Shown here: positions 1-9,426 of the stretch, piece after piece
Layout: each line of letters starts with the position of its first letter
Position numbering within the stretch: position 1 is the stretch's first letter
Assembly: GCA_963664705.1 (NCBI GenBank)
Contig: OY761556.1
Span: 4,288,001-4,352,000 of the forward strand
DNA length: 64,000 nt
Reading direction: 5' to 3'
Origin: Acidobacteriota bacterium
GTDB taxonomy: Bacteria; Acidobacteriota; UBA6911
The notes under the pieces: model-generated
What the model was told of the DNA's origin: nothing
The model's input: the letters and a program-made list of their open reading frames with translations, nothing else
The model's database searches: none
Made by a program: the position numbers and the translations under genes

Positions 1-2672
1 GAACTGTATCCCATCGAATAGCGGAATCCATTTTGTCCGTTAAAGAAAACCGAGGCATTGCTCTTCAAGCCTTTGAACAGCTTGATAGGCACGGATGCGG
101 AGAAGTTGATCCGGTGTCCGACATCATACCTAGAACGCGCCAGCGGAGGATCGTTGGGAGTGAGTCCTGCCGGGTTGTTCGCCCAGTTGGATCTCGCAAC
201 ACTCGAAGTACCATCGTTGATCCCATAGGAACGGCCATAGAAGTACGAACCGCTCACGCTGAGAGCCTTGAACGGACGCTCCACCTTGAAGCTCAAGGAC
301 CACGATTTTCCCTTGTCGGTGTTGGTGAGAAGCATCACATCGTTCAAGGTCGAATCAAATTTCGAGAACGTGCTGCGGCCGTCCGGCAAGGTACCGGTGG
401 GTACGTAATTGAGGTTCTTGTAGACAATGTCCTTCAGGGTTTTTGTGTACAGGAATTCCCCAGTGCCAATCAGGCCCAGAAATCCAAGTTCCCGATCAAT
501 GGCGGCCGTCATGCGCAGAATCGCAGGGTATTTGTAATCCGGGTCGATGACGTTGATAGTCTGTCTGCCGGTCGTGCCACCGGTAATAGTGGTCGGCTGG
601 TTCAGAGCATCTGACACAAACGGGATTTTGTTGCTGGAGCTGTAACTAACGGAAAGGCTGGTAAAATCAACACCGGTATTGCCGTATTGATTAGACATCC
701 AGACATAGGGGGTACGGCCGGTGAACAAGCCAATGCCACCGCGGACCTGAGTTCTTTTCCCCTGTTCGTTGGTCAGTGTCCAGTTAATACCAACACGCGG
801 GGACAACATCGTCGGAGCCGGCACGATATTGGTCCCATACCCGAATTTCGTGCTGGCGACCGGGTTTGTGTGCGGATTATCCGGGAATCTCGGGATATCC
901 ACTCTCATACCGTAGGTCAGCATGACATTGCTTCGAGCGCGCCATTGGTCGCCGGCATAAAAGCCGAACTGGTATACCGGAAAATCGGCGGCATTGATGG
1001 GGTCGCTCGAGTTATTTGAGAAATTGTGGCTGTAAGACTGGGCAATACCGGCCTGGAAGTTGGCGATATTGCTGAAGCGGTATCCACCATAGAAATACTG
1101 GATAAACGCATTATAAAACTTGTAGAACTCATTGTGAGTCCCGATTGAGATTGTGTGCTTCCCTTTGACAATTGTCAGGTCATCGGTCACTTCCACGATA
1201 TCCTGATTCAGCTTATTCACCTGGGACGAGTACTCGGAACCCAAATAGACATAGCTGGCATCGGGGAAATCGACACGAACTTCAGGGAAGGGCTTTTGCC
1301 CGGCCTGGTCACCGCGAACATTGCGCTCACGCTGATAGGTGACCCGGAACTCGTTATAAACCTTACCCATCGTGCTGTTCAACTGTCCAACGAACGACTT
1401 CATGACATCTGTCATGCTGTAGAAGTTCGTGGGGAGTTTGTAGGAGTCGCTGTAAATGGTGCCGGTATAGGATTCGCCTTTGACGTAATTCATCCGGACC
1501 ATCAACTGGTTGTGTTTTGACAGGTTTATGTCGCCGCGGAGGAAGAATTTGTTGGCGTTGTTCGGCCGCGAAAATTCACCGCCTGCGCCGGCATCGTAGC
1601 CATACGTATTTTTGGCCACGTCGATGACCTGCTGCACCAGGGCAGCATTTGCCCAGGTCTGACCCGACGCACCGTCCAGCGAATACCCGGTCGGAGTATT
1701 CTTTCGCGCCCAATCAAAGTTCGAGAAGAAGAAAGCCTTATCCTTCACGATTGGCCCGCCGACGCTGAAACCGACCTGCTTATCACTGAAAGTACCCACA
1801 ATGGAGTCCGCGGGAGTCGGATTCGCTTTCGTCGCAATCCCTGGAAGCGATCGCATCCAGTCCTGGTTTCGTCCAAAAAAGTAACCGGTGCCATGGAAAG
1901 AGTTCGTTCCACTTTTGGTAACGGCATTGATGCCGCCGCCGGAGAACCCGCCCTGCCGCACATCATAAGGAGAAACAGCCAACTGGATTTCCTGAATGGC
2001 ATCGATGCTTATCGGCTGTGTACCGGTCTGACCGCCGGGAGTTCCTGAGTCCGCCAGGCCGAAAACGTCATTATTAACAGCGCCATCGATCTGCATGTTG
2101 TTATAGCGATTGTTGCGGCCCGCTATGCTGATAAATGCGGTTCTGTCGGCTCCGTCCGCGGTATTGTTGAAGTATGGCGAGGTGCGGGCGAAATCAGCAA
2201 TGCTGCGGGAAATGGAAGGCAGTTCACGAATGGATTGCTCATCCACGTTCGCCATTGTACCCGAAACGGAAGTATCGATCAGCTGCGCATCAGCCGTAAC
2301 GGTTACGGTTTCGGATGCAACCGCAGGCTGAAGGACAAAATCAACCCGACGGGATTCACCCAGGGCGATCTGGATATCCTTCTGTTCCTGTGTGCCGAAT
2401 TTTGCAGCACTGGCCTTGATCACATACGGGCCACCCACACGTGCGGACGGGATGATGTACCGTCCATCCGACTGGCTGACCGCTTCATAGGTCGTTCCCG
2501 TTGGAACGTGCACTGCGGTGATGACTGCTCCCGGGATCACTGCCTTCTGTGAATCCATAACCGCTCCGGCAATACTGCCGGTGGTAACCGTCTGTGCCGC
2601 AAGAATCCCCGGCAAAACGGTCAGGGCACACAAGGCAAGGCATCCCCAAAGTACGACGATTCCTCTTCTCAT
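1..2672 (-). CDS. TonB-dependent receptor, Oar-like, with N-terminal carboxypeptidase-regulatory-like domain (3' end runs off the window)
   Basis: Not in the ORF track because it has no stop in the window. Manual translation from ATG 2672 (AGGAG upstream) gives MRRGIVVLWGCLALCALT..., GSIAGAVMDSQKAVIPGA, plug motifs NNMQIDGAVNND and IDAIQEIQ...GGGINAVTKSGTNSFHG, then barrel motifs GGPIVKDKAFFF and SPRVG. Confidence 0.9.
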   Translation of the reverse strand, partial: MRRGIVVLWGCLALCALTVLPGILAAQTVTTGSIAGAVMDSQKAVIPGAVITAVHVPTGTTYEAVSQSDGRYIIPSARVGGPYVIKASAAKFGTQEQKDIQIALGESRRVDFVLQPAVASETVTVTADAQLIDTSVSGTMANVDEQSIRELPSISRSIADFARTSPYFNNTADGADRTAFISIAGRNNRYNNMQIDGAVNNDVFGLADSGTPGGQTGTQPISIDAIQEIQLAVSPYDVRQGGFSGGGINAVTKSGTNSFHGTGYFFGRNQDWMRSLPGIATKANPTPADSIVGTFSDKQVGFSVGGPIVKDKAFFFSNFDWARKNTPTGYSLDGASGQTWANAALVQQVIDVAKNTYGYDAGAGGEFSRPNNANKFFLRGDINLSKHNQLMVRMNYVKGESYTGTIYSDSYKLPTNFYSMTDVMKSFVGQLNSTMGKVYNEFRVTYQRERNVRGDQAGQKPFPEVRVDFPDASYVYLGSEYSSQVNKLNQDIVEVTDDLTIVKGKHTISIGTHNEFYKFYNAFIQYFYGGYRFSNIANFQAGIAQSYSHNFSNNSSDPINAADFPVYQFGFYAGDQWRARSNVMLTYGMRVDIPRFPDNPHTNPVASTKFGYGTNIVPAPTMLSPRVGINWTLTNEQGKRTQVRGGIGLFTGRTPYVWMSNQYGNTGVDFTSLSVSYSSSNKIPFVSDALNQPTTITGGTTGRQTINVIDPDYKYPAILRMTAAIDRELGFLGLIGTGEFLYTKTLKDIVYKNLNYVPTGTLPDGRSTFSKFDSTLNDVMLLTNTDKGKSWSLSFKVERPFKALSVSGSYFYGRSYGINDGTSSVARSNWANNPAGLTPNDPPLARSRYDVGHRINFSASVPIKLFKGLKSNASVFFNGQNGFRYSMGYS

Positions 2673-2904
2673 GATTCTTCTCCTGGTAACAAGTGTTTTA
2701 ACAGAGCGGAGAGATAACAATTAATAACGCACTATTTCAGCCCGCAATAAAACACACGTAGAGCCACTCACTTCAAAACGAACGGGATAAGCTATCCCAA
2801 GAACGGTGGATGGTCAATCAATTCGTTAGTAATTTGGAGATTTATTAGAATATGCTAATTATAATTTCCTGCGACAAGAAATGGCAAGATTGTCAATCTG
2901 AGCC

Positions 2905-3924
2905 CTATTTGTGAAGAAAGGGGCGTATCCCAAATTCCAGAAGCGCTCCGAAAAGAGCCGAACATGGAATCGTCAGAACCCAGGCCCACACAATGTTCTT
3001 CGCTATCCCCCAGCGGACAGCGGAAAGGCGCTGAATGGACCCGGCCCCCACGATCGCTCCGGTAATGGTGTGGGTTGTGCTTAGTGGAATTCCAAAAAGC
3101 GAGAGGAAAACAATGGTGACCCCGCCTCCCGTCTCGGCACAAAACCCACCGACTGGTTGCAGTTTCGTCAGCCTCATTCCAAGAGTTTTCACGATTCGCC
3201 ATCCGCCGAAATAGGTTCCAAGGGCAATCGCGGCGTGGCAGGAGAGAATCACCCACAGGGGCACATGCTGTTTGGCACCCGCAGCCGACGCCGGGTGCAG
3301 GTTTGCCGAAATCAGCAAAGCCAGGATAATGCCCATCGTCTTCTGCGCATCATTCATTCCATGGCTGAAGCTGAAAATGGATGCGGAGACCAACTGCCCT
3401 CTGCGGAAGAACCGATCCACATTTCGCGGAGTGGCATTCCTGAAAATAAAATAGACCAGCATCATTATGAGCCGGCCAAGCACCAGTCCGACGATTGGGG
3501 CAATAACAATGTAAGGAATGATTTTGAGCAGCCCCGCCGGCTTTAGCGCAATCCACCCGGCTTTTGCAACCGCTGCGCCGGCAAAACCTCCAACCAATGC
3601 GTGCGATGAACTGGTCGGTAGTCCGAACCACCAGGTTATCAAATCCCATATGATCGCACCCAGCAGTCCAAACATTACGAGGTAAGGATCCAGGAATTGC
3701 TGGTGGACGATATCCTTTCCAATCGTGGACGCCACCTTGGTCTCGAAGAAGAATGCTGCGGCAAAGTTGCATAATGCCGCAAGCAGAACGGCGGCTTTGG
3801 GAGATAGGACCCTTGTTGAAACCACGGTTGCAATAGAATTGGCCGCATCGTGAAATCCATTCAGGAAGTCGAAAGCGAGTGCAACCGCAATAACGATAAT
3901 TACCAGAACCAGTTGACTATCCAT
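2905..3924 (-). CDS. pit: Inorganic phosphate transporter, PiT family
   Basis: NGFHDAANSIAT, GLPTSSSHAL, HGMNDAQK and PLSTTH PiT signature motifs; hydrophobic. Confidence 0.95.
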   Translation of the reverse strand: MDSQLVLVIIVIAVALAFDFLNGFHDAANSIATVVSTRVLSPKAAVLLAALCNFAAAFFFETKVASTIGKDIVHQQFLDPYLVMFGLLGAIIWDLITWWFGLPTSSSHALVGGFAGAAVAKAGWIALKPAGLLKIIPYIVIAPIVGLVLGRLIMMLVYFIFRNATPRNVDRFFRRGQLVSASIFSFSHGMNDAQKTMGIILALLISANLHPASAAGAKQHVPLWVILSCHAAIALGTYFGGWRIVKTLGMRLTKLQPVGGFCAETGGGVTIVFLSLFGIPLSTTHTITGAIVGAGSIQRLSAVRWGIAKNIVWAWVLTIPCSALFGALLEFGIRPFLHK

Positions 3925-3985
3925 CGCACTCCTCGGCCAAACCTTGTCGTATATCCATCTCGGCAGGTAAAAATACAGATGAATT

Positions 3986-4029
3986 ATTAAGAAATGATTA
4001 AGAAATGGATATCTTTCGGTTAAGAAGTC
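3986..4029 (-). promoter_or_regulatory. Pho-box-like 11-bp-period direct repeats upstream of pit
   Basis: ATTAAGAAATG at 3986 and 3997, and GTTAAGAAGTC in phase at 4019; about 60-100 bp upstream of the pit start. Confidence 0.6.
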
Positions 4030-4093
4030 CTGCGGTAAGCGAGGCTATCCGAGTGCGGGGCTCAGGAATTGTATTAGCAAAAATCGCCCTCGG

Positions 4094-6793
4094 CTAAAAC
4101 GTATATTTGAGCGCGACTTCAATCTCCCTTGCATTTTCTGCGTTGGAGATAACGCCGAAAGTTGGCGTTCCCAGAAAGTTCCCCGGCTGCTGGAAATTGA
4201 CATTATTAAATGCATTGAACATCTGCACTCTGAACTCCAGCAGGTTCCCGTCTCCGGTAACCTTGGTTCTCTTCAAAATGCTGATGTCCCATTTCCTTTC
4301 GGTAGGCGAGAGCAGTATATTGCGGCCCGAATCCCCAAACCATTGCGGGTTGCTGCCATCATAATCAGGCATAACAAAATCCGAGGTTTCGAACCACTTA
4401 TCGACGGTGCGTCTGGAAGCCGGAAGAATCCCGGAACCCAGTCGGTTGGGCCGGTCGCCCCAGACTCCGTCATTATTGGGGTCTCCAAAAACCTCCGGAT
4501 TGAACGGCCATCCCGATGTTATCGTGGTAATCCCGGATATCCGCCAGCCCTCAAAGAGCGGGGCCAGCTTGCCCGCCCAGCTCGAGGAGATCCACTTCCC
4601 GCGTCCAATAGGCAGATCAAGAATGTAGTTAACATTGAACTGCATCGGAGCCGCGAAAGCATACGTAGAACGCTCTCCAGCCATGTTCCGCGGATTGCTC
4701 GGATTGACAAACGCCCATCCCCAGCAGTCGCTCAGGGCGCGGTTCCAGTTAAAACCGGTCTGCAGCGAGAAAGCCCCTGTGAGTCGCCGCTGCAATTGGG
4801 CATTGATGGCATGGCTGGTATACGATGCTCCGCTGGTCATTATATCGAATTGCCCATATTTGGGGTTCGGTCTCCTCGGTTGTATCGGTGAACCATAAGC
4901 GGCCGGAAGCGGCACGTTCGCTGGAATTGTCCGGAAAAGGTGCGTCGTCTTCTGGCCATCATAGGCAAGTTCAAGGCTCCAGCCGGGCTTGAACTCGTAT
5001 TGCAGGGACGCGTTCCAATTCTGCACATAGGGATTTCTCAAATGAGGATCAGCCGCTTGAATGGTAATGGCCGCCGGAGTTGTTGAATCAAAGGGATTGG
5101 ACAGATTCAAGGCGGGAGTTGTGGGAGATTCCGCTTTTTCAATATAGAAAAAAGGATAATTGCGGCCGATATAGGTCAGGCCTTGAATCGGATTCATGAA
5201 GCTGTGCGTGATCTTGTAGGACAACCGAAAGACCAGGGCATTATTGCCGAACGGGCTGTATGCGAAGCCAAGGCTAGGCTCCCAATCGTTTCTATCCGGA
5301 TAGGCGGCCTCGCCCGCATTCAGGTTCAGCCCCATCTCACGAGCCCTGTGCGAGCCGGTAACAACGATTTCCCCATCCGGAGACGGTTCGAAAAGCAGCG
5401 GATAAAAGAAGGAAACCCGGTCCTGGGTCGAGCGGAAAAAGGGAGTATAGCTATAGGCAAGCGCCATGTTGATTGTAAAGTTCCGGTTGATCTTCCAATC
5501 ATCCTTTACGGCAAGCTGCCAGTTTCTTCGTCGCAAATCAGAGCGGTTGGACCCGATTCCCCGCCTGGCGGAGTACGGTATGCCCAAAAGAAAATCTGCA
5601 AAGGCATCCCCTGTAAACAAACCGGAAAAACCGAATTGGCCGCGCCTCGAGCCCCACGTCCTCATATTATTCAACTGAATGGAGTTCAAATACCCGGAGA
5701 GCCCGATTGTGTGATTCCCATGAACATAGGTGTACTCACCCTTGAAGCCATAGGTATTCTGGCAAAAAGTTTCCGGCGAACCATTGGCGAAACCGGCACC
5801 GGGGAAACTGAAGCCGAAGCCGAACCCGAGAGGCGCATATCCCAAAATATCCATTTGCGGATAGCCCTCATCCATTAAATCGAGCGCACGAACGCCTGCA
5901 ATCCCAAATGAACCCAGCAACCCTTCCTGAAAGGCCTGCTTCGAAAGCTGAATGCTCGTGTTTCTATCAAAGCTGAGATGAAGGCTTAAAACCTTATTGC
6001 TGCTGAATGAATGCGTCAGATCGGCGGAAATGCTTTGCGTCCGCTGATTCATGATTGTTCCAAATGAGGGGAGCGTGGAAACAAGGGATTGTCTCCCATC
6101 ATTAATAGTGTAGTTGCCAAAGATCTTGGTTTGCGGACTGAATTCGTAATCGACGCGCGAGCTGATGCTGTTGTTATTATTTCCAAATGGCTGATTATTG
6201 ACATAGTTGCGCATCGGATCATCGCGCGTAGGGTCGGGGAAAAGCGATAATAGCTTGGCTGACACCGGATTGATGCGCTCTACCGGAATTTTATTGCCGG
6301 AAAATGGCTCATATGTAAATGGATCGATCAATCGAATAGCGGTATTGGCGCTGAAATCACCGCGTTTCATCTCATAAGTTGGGACCAGGGAAAGCATCGT
6401 GGAGCCTTTGATGATTCTCAGTCCATCATAGCTGCCAAACACTTTCAGCCTTTTTGTAACCAGCGCTCCGAAACTTAATCCAAACTGGTTTCGCTTGAAT
6501 TCGGGAAGTGGTTCTCCAACCGGATCGAAGAAATTGCGGGCATCGAAATTATCGTTGCGATGATACTCATAAACCGAGCCGTAGTACTTGCCCCGTTTAC
6601 GAACGGAGAAAGGATTCACGACAAGCGCAACCGATTCATCCTTAGGCGCATTTGAAACGGACCATACCTCCTGCATCCGTATGCCGAAGGCATCGATTTG
6701 CTCCAATGCAGGTTCCTGCTTCTCATCCTTGGCAAATGCAGCCCCATTGATCAGGATAAAGGTTGAAACGAGTAGCGCCAAAACAGTTTTCAT
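4094..6793 (-). CDS. TonB-dependent-receptor-like outer membrane beta-barrel with most of the plug missing
   Basis: Signal peptide MKTVLALL...AAFA, then GSVYEYHRNDNFDARNFF, RNQFG, DDWK, FNAFNNVNF and C-terminal LKYTF. Confidence 0.85.
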   Translation of the reverse strand: MKTVLALLVSTFILINGAAFAKDEKQEPALEQIDAFGIRMQEVWSVSNAPKDESVALVVNPFSVRKRGKYYGSVYEYHRNDNFDARNFFDPVGEPLPEFKRNQFGLSFGALVTKRLKVFGSYDGLRIIKGSTMLSLVPTYEMKRGDFSANTAIRLIDPFTYEPFSGNKIPVERINPVSAKLLSLFPDPTRDDPMRNYVNNQPFGNNNNSISSRVDYEFSPQTKIFGNYTINDGRQSLVSTLPSFGTIMNQRTQSISADLTHSFSSNKVLSLHLSFDRNTSIQLSKQAFQEGLLGSFGIAGVRALDLMDEGYPQMDILGYAPLGFGFGFSFPGAGFANGSPETFCQNTYGFKGEYTYVHGNHTIGLSGYLNSIQLNNMRTWGSRRGQFGFSGLFTGDAFADFLLGIPYSARRGIGSNRSDLRRRNWQLAVKDDWKINRNFTINMALAYSYTPFFRSTQDRVSFFYPLLFEPSPDGEIVVTGSHRAREMGLNLNAGEAAYPDRNDWEPSLGFAYSPFGNNALVFRLSYKITHSFMNPIQGLTYIGRNYPFFYIEKAESPTTPALNLSNPFDSTTPAAITIQAADPHLRNPYVQNWNASLQYEFKPGWSLELAYDGQKTTHLFRTIPANVPLPAAYGSPIQPRRPNPKYGQFDIMTSGASYTSHAINAQLQRRLTGAFSLQTGFNWNRALSDCWGWAFVNPSNPRNMAGERSTYAFAAPMQFNVNYILDLPIGRGKWISSSWAGKLAPLFEGWRISGITTITSGWPFNPEVFGDPNNDGVWGDRPNRLGSGILPASRRTVDKWFETSDFVMPDYDGSNPQWFGDSGRNILLSPTERKWDISILKRTKVTGDGNLLEFRVQMFNAFNNVNFQQPGNFLGTPTFGVISNAENAREIEVALKYTF

Positions 6794-6808
6794 ACCATCC
6801 CTTAAAAC

Positions 6809-6822
6809 ATATATATATATAT
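6809..6822. repeat. (AT)7 dinucleotide tract
   Basis: ATATATATATATAT about 15 bp upstream of the 6793 start codon in otherwise GC-rich DNA. Confidence 0.9.
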
Positions 6823-6893
6823 GCGGAGGCCCGATTGGATACAGCAACGCACTGCACGAAGCCAAAAGGTTCGCACCCCCATGCCCGGCAACA

Positions 6894-7571
6894 CTAATAG
6901 AGGAGTTCGCCGTCGACAACCATTGGCTTGACGGCAAAAGTTGCCCTCAACCTTGATTTGGCGCCGGAGAATTCAAGAAGCTCGAACGTCAGATTTCCGC
7001 TGTCCTTGCTAAGGATCGGGACTCCGTTCACTTCCCTTGGAAAAACAAACTTGGCTCCCACGCTCTCTTCACGCGGAGGAAAATATTCGCTGACTTCCAA
7101 TTGCGGGAATGACGGAGTAGACAGATACGCTTTGTTCTTCAGCGTCTTGGCAGTTTCGCTCTGAAAAAATCGGCGCAGGCTGCTTTCTTCATTGGGATCA
7201 TTGGAGCGGTAGCTAATGGAAACGACAATCCAGTGAGACATATCCATATCGAGATTATTGCGCTGGGCTTTATCGAAGTGTCGCCTCTCGTCGATCGGCA
7301 TATTGTCATATCCATGATTGAGCTGCTGAACGCGCGCATAGGCTTCACGGATGGGACGAGCAGACAAAAACCGAATGTAGAAAGTATTATAAATTTCCTT
7401 CTCGCCGGAAATGCCGCTTCCGACTCCGCTGATCACGCGCGTGAAAGTCTCCTGCCTGGCCCAGGGAGACGTATTCAGCATCTGGACCGCCTTGTCCATC
7501 GACCAACGGGTAAAAGCGTCCGGTGGTGCGCCGGCAAGCAATGCAAAGAGAATTCCAAATAATGTCGTCAT
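6894..7571 (-). CDS. Hypothetical exported protein
   Basis: Likely start MTTLFGILFALLAGA (signal-like); soluble mixed alpha/beta sequence. Confidence 0.65.
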   Translation of the reverse strand: MTTLFGILFALLAGAPPDAFTRWSMDKAVQMLNTSPWARQETFTRVISGVGSGISGEKEIYNTFYIRFLSARPIREAYARVQQLNHGYDNMPIDERRHFDKAQRNNLDMDMSHWIVVSISYRSNDPNEESSLRRFFQSETAKTLKNKAYLSTPSFPQLEVSEYFPPREESVGAKFVFPREVNGVPILSKDSGNLTFELLEFSGAKSRLRATFAVKPMVVDGELLY

Positions 7572-7744
7572 AGGGGGGCAATTCTGGCACAGGCGGCCCA
7601 AAAACTCTACGGTTACTTGAAGATCAGAGCCGGGATCTCCTTGGAGAAATGCGCGGCAAACAGGAAAAACTGCCCTGATTGCCACGAATGTCCCCATCCC
7701 TAAACAAGCGCCTTCACCGGACTATCTTCCATTACTGTCCGCAT

Positions 7745-8302
7745 TTATAGCGCAATCACACCTTTTTGTATCAGGATCTCGAGAGTCCAGCGGGCAGCAT
7801 TTCCCACGACGCTCATGCATTTCGAAGGATCACTATGCCCACCCGCCGCTTCAAATGCCAGCCAGTCCTCCGGATTTTGAAGGTTGAAGGAACGGCCGAA
7901 AAGGCTCTTTTGAACCTGCGGACAAAGAATGGAACCATACTGACTGCTAAACTTGTCACCCAGGCATCGAGCCGCTTCCATTGCACGGCCCAATTGTTCC
8001 CTGCCTTCCGGCAGCATTTCCGTTGCCGAAACCTTATCCGCCGGGCGACCCAAATAATAGTCGAGCACAATGGTGCCCCCAATCACTCCACCACAAGCAC
8101 CCGTCGAAAGCCCAGCCTGCCCGCCGCACGAAGAAGTTGCGACCTGAACCACAATGCCATCAAAGCCGAGAATCTCCCTTAGCGCCGCTGCTGTACACTG
8201 CAAACAACTCCCGGAATTTCTTTCATAGGCCACGCCAAGTTCGAAAGCTTTATCCAGCAAAGAAGCCAACGAAAGTGTTCTGTATTTTTCGGATACCAAC
8301 AT
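7745..8302 (-). CDS. C-GCAxxG-C-C family putative redox protein
   Basis: SCLQC, TGACGGVIGG, YGSILC and SKC cysteine pattern. Confidence 0.85.
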   Translation of the reverse strand: MLVSEKYRTLSLASLLDKAFELGVAYERNSGSCLQCTAAALREILGFDGIVVQVATSSCGGQAGLSTGACGGVIGGTIVLDYYLGRPADKVSATEMLPEGREQLGRAMEAARCLGDKFSSQYGSILCPQVQKSLFGRSFNLQNPEDWLAFEAAGGHSDPSKCMSVVGNAARWTLEILIQKGVIAL

Positions 8303-8320
8303 GAGTGTCTCTTTCCATAT

Positions 8321-8369
8321 AGATTTCGGATTCCAGATTCCAGATTTTGGACTCCGGATTTTGGATTCC
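8321..8369. repeat. Degenerate heptamer tandem repeat (RGATTYY x7)
   Basis: AGATTTC GGATTCC AGATTCC AGATTTT GGACTCC GGATTTT GGATTCC. Confidence 0.85.
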
Positions 8370-8507
8370 TTGCATTTTCCTCTATTTCACGGCAAAGTTC
8401 GATGCTGTAATGCATATCGGTGAGGAACAGCCTTGGCTGGATGAATAAACCGAATCATCCGCCCGAGAAAGCAAGCATGTCGTAAAGCGGAAAAAGAGAG
8501 TGCGCGC

Positions 8508-9401
8508 ATGAATGATTACCTGCTGAGTCTGTTGCTGGGAATTGTGGAAGGCTTGACCGAGTTTCTGCCTGTCAGTTCAACCGCTCACCTGCGAATAACG
8601 GAAGCTCTGTTGCATGTCAGCCTCTCCAGCGGATACTGGAAAATGTACTCCATCGTTATCCAGCTGGGCGCGGTACTCTGCCTTCCCGTCTATTTCAGCA
8701 AACGGATCTCGGCATTTCTGGCTACATTCCCGCAAGGCGAACGAGGCGATCGCACGCTGTTCACGCATCCACTGAGCCTGACGTGCGTTGCCTTCGTCGT
8801 AACAGCAGTTCCGTCCTTCCTGCTGGCCAAGATCATTGGCAAACATCTCGAGAGTCTTACGATCATGGGCGGCTCGCTCGTGATTGGCGGCGTCATTATG
8901 TGGATTGTTGACAGGGCAAATTCGAAAGCGGAGCAGGCGGGACAAGGAAATCTCAAAAGCCGCATCACCACCTGGCATATGGAAGAGATGCGTCTCTGGC
9001 AGGCGATCTGGATTGGCGCATGCCAGATATTTTCCGCAGTATTCCCCGGGACATCGCGTTCGATGGCAACGATTGCAGCCGGACAGGCGGCCGGAATGTC
9101 GAGAGCCTCCGCCCTCGAGTTTTCCTTTTTTCTTTCCATTCCGACGATGGCTGCGGCTACGGGGTACGATTTATTGAAATCACTGGCGGGAAAAGGGGAA
9201 AACCCGATCGGGATCGGCCAGATGACATCCCACGAGTGGGGTGTTCTCGCGATCGGGTTCGTCGTATCATTTATTGTCGCATACGGCGTAGTGGCCTGGT
9301 TCCTGTCATGGGTACGACGAAGAGGTTTTGTTCCCTTCGCGATTTACCGGCTGGTCGCGGGCCTGCTGGTATTGGCATGGGCATGGAATTACCGCGGATA
9401 A
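8508..9401 (+). CDS. uppP: Undecaprenyl-diphosphate phosphatase
   Basis: GIVEGLTEFLPVSSTAH and PGTSRS BacA motifs. Confidence 0.97.
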   Translation: MNDYLLSLLLGIVEGLTEFLPVSSTAHLRITEALLHVSLSSGYWKMYSIVIQLGAVLCLPVYFSKRISAFLATFPQGERGDRTLFTHPLSLTCVAFVVTAVPSFLLAKIIGKHLESLTIMGGSLVIGGVIMWIVDRANSKAEQAGQGNLKSRITTWHMEEMRLWQAIWIGACQIFSAVFPGTSRSMATIAAGQAAGMSRASALEFSFFLSIPTMAAATGYDLLKSLAGKGENPIGIGQMTSHEWGVLAIGFVVSFIVAYGVVAWFLSWVRRRGFVPFAIYRLVAGLLVLAWAWNYRG

Positions 9402-9426
9402 ATGCCGCGTCCCGACGCCTGTCTCC

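Noticed and set aside
33-2724. Series of short plus-strand ORFs
   Set aside because: All are shadows of the minus-strand TonB-dependent receptor that the ORF track missed.
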